From: an uncultured Candidatus Saccharibacteria bacterium | GTDB lineage: Bacteria; Patescibacteriota; Saccharimonadia; Saccharimonadales; Saccharimonadaceae | DNA length: 64,000 nt | Assembly (NCBI GenBank): GCA_964483335.1 | Contig: CAZAAA010000002.1 | Span: forward strand, 852-64,851 | Reading direction: 5' to 3' | Part shown: in pieces, positions 52,342 through 64,000 of the stretch | How the letters are laid out: every line of letters starts with the position of its first letter | Numbering within the stretch: the stretch's first letter is position 1 | Notes under the pieces: generated by a model | What the model saw: the letters and a program-made list of their open reading frames with translations, nothing else | What the model was told of the DNA's origin: nothing | The model's database searches: none | Position numbers and translations under genes: made by a program

Positions 52342-54117
52342 CTAGCGTTTAATTAAGGCATCAGCATTAGCAACGAGGCGAGTATGAAAAGCAGTGCGAG
52401 CACGTTCGGCGTTTTCATTATTTCCTTGCCAGACATCTAAGGCTGGGCCTTGTAAGGCCCTAGCAAAGGAGAATGTCACCGGCCAGGGGAATGGGCCGTT
52501 GTTAATCACTTGTTGCAAATTAGAAGTAGCTTGCTCCACACCCTGTCCACCAGACAAAAATACTACACCGGCAAGTTCAGCTGGAACATGCGCGCGCAAG
52601 GTAGCAGCAGTCATCTGGCCAACTTCCTCCGGAGCAGACTGAGTAATATGCTGTTTTCCAGCTAAGACCATATTGCACTTCAGGATGCAGGCCGAGAGGT
52701 CTACATGTTTTTTGACGAGCTGACGGAATAGCTCATCCAGAATCTTCCCGGTCACCTCTGCGCATACTTCCACGGAATAATTGCCGTCGTGCACAACTTC
52801 TGGCTCTACGATTGGAACGATCAAGGCATCCTGGCAATCTTTAGCATATTGCGCTAGGATTTCACAGTTTTTCTGGATGGCCATATCAGATGGCGGAACA
52901 ACCTCAAACGCTGCGCGCCATTTAGCAAAGCGCAGGCCCATCTCATGATATTCCTCTAATCTTTCCGGCAAGCCGTCTAGACCTTTAGTGTATTTTTCGT
53001 CTGAGTCAGGGAAATTAGCGAGGCCTTGGTCTACCTTGATACCAGGAATGATCCCTTTGCTAGTTAGAAAATCAACAAAATTACTACCATCGTCCGCACG
53101 TTGACGGGCGGTTTCGTCAAAAAGAATTACACCAGAGACATACTTTTCTAGCTCTTTAGTGGTAAAGAAAATATTACGATAGTCACGCCGATGGGCCTCA
53201 TCATCTGGTATACCAGCCTGCTCAAACTTTTTATGGATGCTGCCCCCACTTTCATCTGCAGCTAAGATACCTTTACTAACAATGCTATCGGCAATTAGGC
53301 GGAGATTTTTTAGATTCTTCTGATATTCCATGACCATTTGATCAAGTTTTTCTAGCGGTAGGATGGTATTAAGTGTGGCATTTTCAACGTTAATCTTCGC
53401 TAGTAGCAAAGCATCACGAATGTTGCGGCCATCTGTCAGCGCGGCAAAAACTGTTCCGGCAATCACTGAATATAATGTGAGGTGAGTCATTAGCCCAGTA
53501 CGAGTTGGGGTTTGGCGCCAAGACTGCTCTACTCCTTCTATGACAATATTATTCATAGAGATATGGCAGAAAAGACCCTGATAACCTGGAATATCTTGTT
53601 TTTTCAGGCTGTCATCCGCAAAAACTAGCATAGACACACGAGCCAGTGATTCTTCAATGCTATTCATGTTAGCATGGGCATAGTAGGCTAAACGAGTACG
53701 CGGGGAAATTGCCATGTAGGCTAAAATATTCTGAGCTAATTCCACACTGACATTAGCGGAGCGATCTACGTAGATCCAGTCGTAAGTTTCTATAGGAGCC
53801 TGCCAAATTGTTTTCTTGTGTTCATCGGGAGCAAGATAAGCAATTTGATGATCCTTGCAAAGAATATAGCGATAATCCGAAGCGGGTTGACCCTCGGCAG
53901 TAAGTTTAACTTTGTGATGAAAACTTTCTATGATTTGCTGAGAAATTTTTACTCCGCCAAAAACAGCAGTACGTTTAAAGAAATTATGCTTGCTGCCATC
54001 AAAAGATAGGTCTAGCCAATTTACACCAGCGTCGTCCGTTTCAAAATTATTCCGCTCGGCGTCGAGGTTTAAATAAACATCCTTGATAACATTTCCCACT
54101 ACCAAGATTTTGCTCAT
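52342..54117 (-). CDS. Class I fructose-bisphosphate aldolase fused to an N-terminal degenerate PfkB-like domain
   Basis: C-terminus GILAADES, PGIKVDQG, FAKWRA, LKCNMV, FLSGGQ, FSFARALQ; N-terminus MSKILVVGNVIKDVYL resembles PfkB. Confidence 0.88.
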   Translation of the reverse strand: MSKILVVGNVIKDVYLNLDAERNNFETDDAGVNWLDLSFDGSKHNFFKRTAVFGGVKISQQIIESFHHKVKLTAEGQPASDYRYILCKDHQIAYLAPDEHKKTIWQAPIETYDWIYVDRSANVSVELAQNILAYMAISPRTRLAYYAHANMNSIEESLARVSMLVFADDSLKKQDIPGYQGLFCHISMNNIVIEGVEQSWRQTPTRTGLMTHLTLYSVIAGTVFAALTDGRNIRDALLLAKINVENATLNTILPLEKLDQMVMEYQKNLKNLRLIADSIVSKGILAADESGGSIHKKFEQAGIPDDEAHRRDYRNIFFTTKELEKYVSGVILFDETARQRADDGSNFVDFLTSKGIIPGIKVDQGLANFPDSDEKYTKGLDGLPERLEEYHEMGLRFAKWRAAFEVVPPSDMAIQKNCEILAQYAKDCQDALIVPIVEPEVVHDGNYSVEVCAEVTGKILDELFRQLVKKHVDLSACILKCNMVLAGKQHITQSAPEEVGQMTAATLRAHVPAELAGVVFLSGGQGVEQATSNLQQVINNGPFPWPVTFSFARALQGPALDVWQGNNENAERARTAFHTRLVANADALIKR

Positions 54118-54199
54118 GTTTATATTATAGCATAGGGCTTAATATTTTAGTACAAAAAACTCCCATATTGCTTGACAATACGGGAGTTTTATTATATAG

Positions 54200-54472
54200 C
54201 TATCGTACTTCTACGCGGACGCGCGGCAAGGAGCGACCGGAGAAATGAGTCTTTTTGGTTTTTACAAAGGTAACGGTGCCATCTTTAGCTGCGTGGATGG
54301 TGAAGTTGCGTGACATATAAGTACCAGGGCCAGCAATCTTTGTAGCACCAGTCTGACGAACAATAATCTCGCCATTTTTGACCTTTTGGCCACCGAAACG
54401 CTTTACGCCGAGGCGCTGACCGGCGTTGTTGTGGATGTTCTTGGCGGTACCGCCAGCTTTCACATGTGACAT
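54200..54472 (-). CDS. rpmA: 50S ribosomal protein L27
   Basis: MSHVKAGG, RLGVKRFGGQ, IIVRQTG, FTIHAAKDG. Confidence 0.96.
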   Translation of the reverse strand: MSHVKAGGTAKNIHNNAGQRLGVKRFGGQKVKNGEIIVRQTGATKIAGPGTYMSRNFTIHAAKDGTVTFVKTKKTHFSGRSLPRVRVEVR

Positions 54473-54473
54473 A

Positions 54474-55601
54474 TTATTTCTTCCTTAAAACTATTATTTC
54501 TCGAGCTACGACCTGTCCCTCTCTGTGATAAAGCAGGCTACCATCACCCGAGTTACTATACTTCACTACATTATAGCCCAGATTTGTGATTTCGTCAAGG
54601 ATATTTAGCCGCGAGTAACTACGATCCGGACGCAGCCAAGCTGGAACGGCAATCGTTACTGGTGTGCCGGTTTTTAGTTGACTAGCAAGATTTTTGAGAA
54701 AGCCCAGGATGATATTTTGGCACTCCTGTTTAGCTTCTTTTAATTTAATCTCGGCTGGGGGAAGAGACATCGGCGGACCTAAATATGTTTCACACGCCAC
54801 AGCATCAATTGGTTGCTGCCACTGAGCGTTGGTGGCATCGGCAACGAAAGTTTTACAAGCGCCGTTTACCCGTGAAGACGAGCTGGATAGGCGCAACCCA
54901 GATAGTGCTTGCAAATTTCGTTTGGTATATTCCACCATTCGCTCGCTTTTATCAGTACCATAAGCATGATAGTCCATCAACAAGGCTTCTTGCAAAACTA
55001 CACCAGTGCCACAAAATGGATCTAGTACCGTAGCGTTTGATTTTAGTGGGCCGCAAAGATTGATTAAAATCTGAGCGAGCTTGGGCGGAAGCATGCCGAC
55101 TTTAGCATCCCTAGCCGGACGCGCCTGATCACGAGCAGCATAGGCGTCGATATCTTGTACGCCGATTACGAGATAGTTTACTTGGTCGACAATAATTAAC
55201 TCTATGTGATTTTTCTTTTTGCCTAGACCATTATGTAAGGCAGCAGCAGTAGAAATGGTAGTAGATTTATTGGGCAAAGTTCTGACGCTACGACCAATTT
55301 TAGCAAGAGATTTTTTAAGTTTGATGGCAGCCTGCGTAGCAGTACGAATGCTAGCCCGGCGAGAATAATCAGATACACCAAGGGTAATTTTTCCATCTGG
55401 CAAATTTGACAAAAAAGCTAATGGCTCTTGACCTAATTCGCGAGCAAGCTTAAGGCTGCCGCCCAGGCGATTAATTTCAGGGATATTATTCGATTCAAAA
55501 ATCGCCAAACTCGGCCCTAGCATCTGAACATTTTTAAATTGAGCTCTAAGTTCGGCATAAGATATATCTGGTTGTCTTCCTAATACAGCAAGATACCTCA
55601 T
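54474..55601 (-). CDS. Class I SAM-dependent methyltransferase (TRM11/UPF0020-like)
   Basis: GMLPPKLAQILINL, VLDPFCGTGVVLQEA, ETYLGP. Confidence 0.85.
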   Translation of the reverse strand: MRYLAVLGRQPDISYAELRAQFKNVQMLGPSLAIFESNNIPEINRLGGSLKLARELGQEPLAFLSNLPDGKITLGVSDYSRRASIRTATQAAIKLKKSLAKIGRSVRTLPNKSTTISTAAALHNGLGKKKNHIELIIVDQVNYLVIGVQDIDAYAARDQARPARDAKVGMLPPKLAQILINLCGPLKSNATVLDPFCGTGVVLQEALLMDYHAYGTDKSERMVEYTKRNLQALSGLRLSSSSSRVNGACKTFVADATNAQWQQPIDAVACETYLGPPMSLPPAEIKLKEAKQECQNIILGFLKNLASQLKTGTPVTIAVPAWLRPDRSYSRLNILDEITNLGYNVVKYSNSGDGSLLYHREGQVVAREIIVLRKK

Positions 55602-55632
55602 AATTCCATTATATCACACTTACGTTAAAAAG

Positions 55633-58661
<3,029 letters not shown>

Positions 58662-58681
<20 letters not shown>

Positions 58682-59540
58682 GCTCGAGCCTCTCGATACG
58701 TTTTTCTATGGGCGGGTGAGTACTGAATATATTGCTAAAGAAGCCTTTCTTTAGAGGGTTATTGATATACATGGCTTCGGTGGCGGCATTCTGGCGTTTC
58801 ATCGGACGTGTATGAGTATCGAGTTTTTTCAGGGCAGCTATCATGCCCTCCGGATAACGTGTAAGATGGGCGGCGGACATATCGGCTAAATACTCCCGCT
58901 CGCGACTAACCGCCATCTGCGCAATGGAGGCAGCAATAGGTGCCAGGATAGATGTAATAACAACTACGATCAGACCGATTGGGCTGCGATCATCGTCACT
59001 GCGCCGATTATTAAAATAGAGCATTCGAATGCCTAGGTCAGAGATGTAGCCCACAATACAAACTAGGCCAAACGTAATCATTGTGACACGGATATCATAA
59101 TTTTTAATATGAGAAAGCTCGTGCGCCATGACAGCGGTGAGCTCTTTGTCATCCATGATATCTAGGAGGCCAGTTGTAGCAGCAACTATAGCGTGCGCTG
59201 GGTCGCGGCCGGTAGCAAAAGCATTGGGTGCGGGATCGTCTATGATGTAAACTTTTGGCATAGGCAGACCAGCAGTAAGAGAAAGATTTTCTACGATATT
59301 ATAAAGTCGCCGGTTGTCTTTTTTCTCTATTTCTTTAGCACCAGTCATAGCAACGGCTAGAGAACCAGCCAGAAAATACTGAATGACGGCATAGATTGTA
59401 GCAACTACTAGTGTCCAAACAGAAATAGTCCAATCGCCAAAAGCATAGGCAAACGCCGCACCGACAGCCGCAATCAGGATGATAAACCCAGCCATAATCA
59501 GTACGGTGTTACGCTTATTGGCGGCGATTTGCTTATACAT
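58662..59540 (-). CDS. htpX: Zinc metalloprotease HtpX (M48)
   Basis: PNAFATG, AHELSH HExxH, SREREYLAD, STHPPIEKRI. Confidence 0.95.
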
Positions 59541-59556
59541 CTAAGACCTTTAGCAA

Positions 59557-60117
59557 TTAAAACTTGACCTCTGGGGCTTTGTCGATTTTAGCCTTCTCAG
59601 ATTCTTCTACTTCGTAGTATTCACGAGGCTTAAAACCGAAGCCGCCGAAAAGATTAACCGGGAAGACCTTAATTTTAGTATTAAGCTCTTTAGCACCAGC
59701 GTTATAGAAACGACGAGCAGCTTGAATTTTGTCTTCGGTGTCCTGAAGCTGCTGCTGAAGTTCTTTGAAGTTTTCATTGGCTTTTAGTTCCGGATAAGCT
59801 TCAGCAATGGCAAAGACTTTACCAAGAGCGGCCTCCATGGATTTTTCAGCCTTGGCTACGGATTCTACGCTTTTCGCGCCCATGATAGCAGAGCGAGCTT
59901 CGGTCACTTCCTTAAAAACCCCCTCTTCGTGTTTAGCGTATCCTTTAACGGTTTCTACGAGATTAGGGATAAGATCGGCGCGATACTTGAGCTGAACTGT
60001 GATATCAGACCATGCCTCATTAACACGCTCGTTAGTGCGAACGAGACCGTTATAAGTGCTCCAGATGAAGACAATTATAACTAAAACTACGCATCCTATA
60101 ATAATAAGTGGTACCAT
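59557..60117 (-). CDS. lemA: LemA family protein
   Basis: YNGLV, LIPNLVETVKGYA, EAYPELKA, ARRFYN. Confidence 0.95.
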   Translation of the reverse strand: MVPLIIIGCVVLVIIVFIWSTYNGLVRTNERVNEAWSDITVQLKYRADLIPNLVETVKGYAKHEEGVFKEVTEARSAIMGAKSVESVAKAEKSMEAALGKVFAIAEAYPELKANENFKELQQQLQDTEDKIQAARRFYNAGAKELNTKIKVFPVNLFGGFGFKPREYYEVEESEKAKIDKAPEVKF

Positions 60118-60197
60118 AAAAATCTCCTTAATTATATATATTTATTATACGCTAGTTTAGTGGTTTTTGGTAGAGCTTTTCGTGTTTTTATATAAAA

Positions 60198-60240
60198 ACC
60201 AGAGTTCCGCAGCCAAGGGGGGTTAGCTGCGGAACTCTGG
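60198..60240. repeat. 15-bp perfect inverted repeat abutting the tRNA-Gly 3' end, CCCCTTG-type loop
   Basis: CCAGAGTTCCGCAGC / GCTGCGGAACTCTGG with loop CAAGGGGGGTTA. Confidence 0.7.
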
Positions 60241-60314
60241 TGCGAATGAAGAGACTCTAACTCTCGACCTCTTCCTTGGCAAGGAAGCGCTCTAAACAAC
60301 TGAGCTACATTCGC
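60238..60314 (-). tRNA. trnG: tRNA-Gly(GCC)
   Basis: GCGAATG/CATTCGC acceptor stem, CTTCC-TTGCCAA-GGAAG anticodon arm, variant T-loop TTAGAGT, CCA. Confidence 0.93.
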
Positions 60315-60474
60315 AAATCATTAGAATGCCTAGTTTTATTTTAGCAAAAATCGTTTCGGTAGTCAAGTAATTGCTTAGTAAGCGATACGCGTTTGTTTGG
60401 TAAGAGCTACGCTCTTTCCACGCGGCGCTCGCAACAGGAAAAACGCAAGCGTTTTCCTTACTTGCTCGCTTGCG

Positions 60475-60559
60475 TGGTAGCCGGGACGGGACTTGAACCC
60501 GTACGAGTTTCCTCATTCGATTTTAAGTCGAACGCGTATACCAATTCCGCCACCCGGCC
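60475..60559 (-). tRNA. trnL: tRNA-Leu(TAA)
   Basis: TTCGA-CTTAAAA-TCGAA anticodon arm, long variable arm, GGTTCAAGTCC T-arm, CCA. Confidence 0.95.
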
Positions 60560-60566
60560 GATATCA

Positions 60567-60624
60567 GTGGAGGCACCGTTTACCCCTTGGGACGTTCCGG
60601 TGCCGGAACGTAGTGGAGGCACCG
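60567..60624. repeat. Copy 2 of the 19-nt loop element, flanked by a 12-bp direct duplication of the tRNA-Cys 3' end
   Basis: GTGGAGGCACCG at 60567-60578 and 60613-60624; 23-mer identical to 35978-36000. Confidence 0.75.
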
Positions 60625-60687
60625 ACCGGAATTGAACCGGTGTACGCGGTTTTGCAGACCGCTGCGTAACCACTCCGCCACAGTGCC
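60614..60687 (-). tRNA. trnC: tRNA-Cys(GCA)
   Basis: GGCACTG/CGGTGCC acceptor stem, GCGGT-CTGCAAA-ACCGC anticodon arm, CCA. Confidence 0.96.
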
Positions 60688-61056
60688 ATATAAATATATA
60701 TTACCAAAAAAGACAAAATACGTCCAGGAGAACACTTAAAACAACCTGGGCGTATTTTGTTTTTATTTCTAGGTAGAGACTTCTAAAACTGTGATAACTG
60801 CGAGATTATACAATTTCGAAGTTAGTAAATAGCCTCTTCAACTACACTCTCCCACCCGGACTTGGGCGTCTCTCAACTCCGTCCAAATCCTTACCTCTAT
60901 TTTAGCATAGGCAGATTCTATGTCAAGATTGATTTTTGACGTTTTTGTGGTTTTATCCACAGGCTAGTTGTTCGGTTTTAGAAAATTTTGTTCGGTTTTA
61001 TAGGGGTAGCCTTATTTCTGTCATGAAAAAGCGGGCCATAATGACCCGCTTTACCT

Positions 61057-61905
61057 TTAGAAACCTACACTGACATCGCTGCCGGGATTAGCTATCGCTT
61101 CGGTGGTGTTAGAAATTCTATATTTCTTAGAAGTATAGAATTCTACCTTTCTAGTAGCCAGTGGCTTTTCGCCTTTCTTCTTAGCCTTGGCATTTTTGTA
61201 TGCCGGAAGATAGGTAGTTAAGCGATCGTACCAGATGCCGTCCTGAGAGAGGGCATTCTTGCTGATGTTCTCCACTACAGAATTGTCAAACGCCATCTTT
61301 AGCCAGGGTGGGCAAACGAAGTAATCGTCGTAATCGTAGTTACCGAGCCACAGATATGAATCGGTGTTGAGCTTCAATTTCTTCGTGGTTACCTTCTTGC
61401 CATCAGAGTCATAGACCGGAATCATCACGGTAGTAGACTTTTTGCTGACTTTAAAACCAGCCTTGGGATAGGCATTAGCAAACCAGTAAGGCACGCGTAC
61501 ACGAAACTTTACACCTTTCTTCTCTATCTTGCCAATATAGCTGGCATTATAAGCGAAGTTAGTGCTAGTCGTGCTAGTGGCGTCCTCGTCGTTGCCTTCT
61601 GTAGAAGCCACGGATGCTGAGGCTAATTTTACACTCTCCGCAGGGAGAAGTAAATTCTCTTCAGTAGCCTGGCCGTCCACAATGATGCCGTCCCACTCAG
61701 TACTGTCTAGTGTAACATAGTCCGCTTCAGTCTCAGAAGTAAGACCAGCTTCTTCCGCAAGATTCTCCGAAGCAACCTCAACGCCGACAAGGTCAGCCGG
61801 AATCTCCTCAGCCATTGCAGCTAAGGGCGACAGAGCGCTTACGACTAAGCTCGTCGCTATTATCAGTGACAGTTTCTTAAAAGCTATTTTAATGTTCTTT
61901 CTCAT
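61057..61905 (-). CDS. Secreted protein of unknown family, paralogue 1
   Basis: Signal peptide (MRKNIK...AMA), acidic linker, conserved domain STNFAYNASY...CPPWLK...YKNAKAKKK; AAAGGGGGT RBS. Confidence 0.8.
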   Translation of the reverse strand: MRKNIKIAFKKLSLIIATSLVVSALSPLAAMAEEIPADLVGVEVASENLAEEAGLTSETEADYVTLDSTEWDGIIVDGQATEENLLLPAESVKLASASVASTEGNDEDATSTTSTNFAYNASYIGKIEKKGVKFRVRVPYWFANAYPKAGFKVSKKSTTVMIPVYDSDGKKVTTKKLKLNTDSYLWLGNYDYDDYFVCPPWLKMAFDNSVVENISKNALSQDGIWYDRLTTYLPAYKNAKAKKKGEKPLATRKVEFYTSKKYRISNTTEAIANPGSDVSVGF

Positions 61906-62097
61906 AATCTTTACCCCCTTTACGAGAAATAGTGTTTGGGAAAAATCCCATCTAGGAGTAGCCCTATTGCCACTCCATGATTCCATTATAGCATACTTTG
62001 TTAAAAAAGTCAATACTTTTAACGCTTTTTTGAGTTTTGGCAAGGGGGCTCATAGACCAGGAAAAAGCGGGCTATAAGAGCCCGCTTGCTGAATAAC

Positions 62098-62919
62098 TTA
62101 GTCGCAAAGACCAAAGCCACCTTTATGCGTATAGTTTGCAGTCTCTATAGCAGAGACGTTATATCTTTTAGGAGTGCAATACTCTATTACGCGAGTGATG
62201 ACCGGGGAGTCCTTCTTTTTGGCCTTGGCATTTTTGTACACCGGAATCCAGGTGACTAAATAATCATAACTCATCCCATTCTCCGATATAGCATTTTTGG
62301 CAATTTCTTCTACCACAGCATCGTCAAACACCTTTTTTAACCAAGGTGGGCAGGTGTAATAGTCGTCACGAGTATAGTCCCCGAGCCACAGAGCAGAGTC
62401 TGTACTGAGTTTGAGTGACCGAGTAGTTAATTTTTTGCCGTCGGGATTGCAGACAGGAATGACGACTTTAGTGGTTTTCTTCCCAACTTTAAACTTGGCC
62501 TGGGGAAAAGTATTAGCAAACCAGTAAGGTATCCGCACGCGGAATTTTACGCCTTTCTTTTCTATCTTACCAACATAGCTGGCATTATAAGCGAAGTTAG
62601 TGCTGACCGCCGGCCGATCACTACTGTTTTCGGAAGCGGTAAAAACCGGAACGTCGTCTGCAGTAATGGGCAGACTTTCATTAGCAGATTTCCCATCTAC
62701 GGTGATACCCGCTTGAGGAGTAGCTTCCGGCGCTTCGGCTTCAGAAGTGAGCTCCGCACACGGCTCTTCCTCTGTAATTTCTGCTATGCCTACTTCCACC
62801 ACATCCGCTTCTGTCACGTCTTCCGGAATTTCTTCGGCAAAAACAACCAGTGGCGTCATGATGCTTATAGCCAAAATTACTAATAAGTTATTCAGTTTTC
62901 TAAGGTTCTTTTTTCTCAT
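62098..62919 (-). CDS. Secreted protein of unknown family, paralogue 2
   Basis: Same architecture and domain; duplicated promoter, leader hairpin and terminator. Confidence 0.8.
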   Translation of the reverse strand: MRKKNLRKLNNLLVILAISIMTPLVVFAEEIPEDVTEADVVEVGIAEITEEEPCAELTSEAEAPEATPQAGITVDGKSANESLPITADDVPVFTASENSSDRPAVSTNFAYNASYVGKIEKKGVKFRVRIPYWFANTFPQAKFKVGKKTTKVVIPVCNPDGKKLTTRSLKLSTDSALWLGDYTRDDYYTCPPWLKKVFDDAVVEEIAKNAISENGMSYDYLVTWIPVYKNAKAKKKDSPVITRVIEYCTPKRYNVSAIETANYTHKGGFGLCD

Positions 62920-63054
62920 GGTCTAGCCCCCTTTACGAGAAAAACTATCAGAAGTGGCCCTATTGCTACTTCACAGCCCCATTATGGCATGCTTTGTTTA
63001 AAAAGTCAAGCATCAATGTTTTCTGTTAGGCTGTTGTCGTGGTATAATTGAGAT

Positions 63055-63639
63055 ATGTTTAAGAGAGGTAAACGGCTGCTTACGAAATGGCAAGACGAGT
63101 GGAAAATGACCTTTATGGGGCTAGTTTTAGCCACGAAGAAGCTGCGATTTTGGGCGGTGTTCGTCCCGAGCTTTGTGATTTTTGGGACTTTGCTCGTACT
63201 GCTCGCGCCGGGGCTGGCTGGGGTGCAACTGATTGGAACATTAGGATTTCCGGAGGGGCTAAAGGTAATCTTTGATGCGTTTTTGGGACTGTTTGGGGTG
63301 AACCAGAACTTTACGGATTGGATTATTGTTTTTAGCATTTCCCTGTTGCAGGCCATATTGATAGCACTACTTACGATTGTCTGGAAGAAGCGAAAAAGTG
63401 CCGCGGAAGTGCAAAATACAGGGATTGTGGCGGGGCTGGCGATACTGGGGTCGGGCTGCCCGACCTGCGGAACAGCGCTAATGATGCCTTTGCTTACAGG
63501 GGTGTTCGGCACGGGCGCGCTGGGATTTGCGGGGGCGCTCTCGGGAGTTGTGACGGTGGCGGCGGTGATTGTGGCGCTATTTACGCTGAAAAAACTTGGC
63601 CCGGAAGTCTATGTTATAATGATGGAGGAGAAGCTATGA
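63055..63639 (+). CDS. Four-TM membrane protein with GSGCPTCG motif
   Basis: Hydrophobic helices, CxxC; TATAAT 6 nt before ATG; translationally coupled to the DsbA-like gene. Confidence 0.75.
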   Translation: MFKRGKRLLTKWQDEWKMTFMGLVLATKKLRFWAVFVPSFVIFGTLLVLLAPGLAGVQLIGTLGFPEGLKVIFDAFLGLFGVNQNFTDWIIVFSISLLQAILIALLTIVWKKRKSAAEVQNTGIVAGLAILGSGCPTCGTALMMPLLTGVFGTGALGFAGALSGVVTVAAVIVALFTLKKLGPEVYVIMMEEKL

Positions 63640-64000
63640 TTGGAAAAATTGTGCGAATAGTGGCGATTATTGGGATTTCGGGATTTTTCTTGGCCCTGAT
63701 GATTTTTAGCATAACCAATAAGCCAGCGGCGGGGGAAAGCGTTTGGGACGAGGGGACGACGGTTGGTTCGCCGGAGGCAAAAAAGCATTATATTCAGTAC
63801 ACTGATGTGATGTGTCCATATTGCGACGTGTATTCGCGGCTCGTAATGGAGCACCAGGACGAGTTTGAGAAATTTATTGAGGATAATGATATTTTGTACG
63901 AGCTTAGAGTAACGGATTTCTTGTACGAATATGGGGCGCACCAGACGGAGTATTCGCGGCAGAGCGCGGAGGCGGTATATTGTGCGCGGAATGAGGGGAA
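63636..64000 (+). CDS. DsbA/thioredoxin-fold protein (truncated by window edge)
   Basis: N-terminal TM, VGSPEAK...YTDVMCPYC motif, SAEAVYCA; ATGA overlap with upstream gene. Confidence 0.85.
   Translation, partial: MIGKIVRIVAIIGISGFFLALMIFSITNKPAAGESVWDEGTTVGSPEAKKHYIQYTDVMCPYCDVYSRLVMEHQDEFEKFIEDNDILYELRVTDFLYEYGAHQTEYSRQSAEAVYCARNEG

Noticed and set aside
60238-60314. tRNA-Gly as a pseudogene because of its TTAGA T-loop
   Set aside because: All stems, the anticodon and CCA are intact and it has a consensus promoter; a single T-loop variant is not enough
60953-61000. DnaA box TTATCCACA plus a 12-bp direct repeat as oriC
   Set aside because: Only one perfect box, no dnaA/dnaN nearby and no clear box cluster; near-matches at 12998 and 40495 are equally isolated

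Overview
This 64-kb window looks like a chromosome segment of a Patescibacteria (CPR) bacterium, most consistent with Candidatus Saccharibacteria. The assignment is inferred from gene content, protein style and promoter architecture; no rRNA is present to confirm it. A Bifidobacterium-like bile salt hydrolase suggests a gut or rumen habitat. Most of the window is compact housekeeping DNA: nusG/secE, glgP, frr, pfkB-rpe-rpiB-gap, rpsL-rpsG, tig, recG, trmD, obgE, a ruvX-mltG fusion, typA, uvrC, eno, xseAB, ligA, htpX/lemA and 8 tRNAs. About 20 genes appear leaderless (TANAAT box 6-9 nt before the start codon). The main accessory feature is a 6.19-kb element (12566-18759) integrated at the 3' end of tRNA-Leu(TAG) by a large serine recombinase. 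The crossover core lies inside the recombinase ORF, so excision would swap the enzyme's C-terminus. The element also carries a stand-alone CdiA-C-like nuclease followed by its own promoter-driven small hairpin RNA (an architecture repeated at an unlinked homologue at 48.9 kb), two tandem terminase-small-subunit-like HTH genes, a ~435-nt promoter-to-terminator two-domain structured RNA, and a second ~125-nt structured RNA. Other notable items: an orphan 6S-like ncRNA candidate with a palindromic operator, a tandem Spo0A-C-like protein, a GC-rich palindromic in-frame insertion in obgE, a recurrent hairpin-loop element beside tRNA 3' ends, a WxL/Csc-like surface cluster, and two duplicated secreted-protein transcription units. 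No CRISPR array or rRNA was seen. All family calls come from motif recognition by eye, without database searches.
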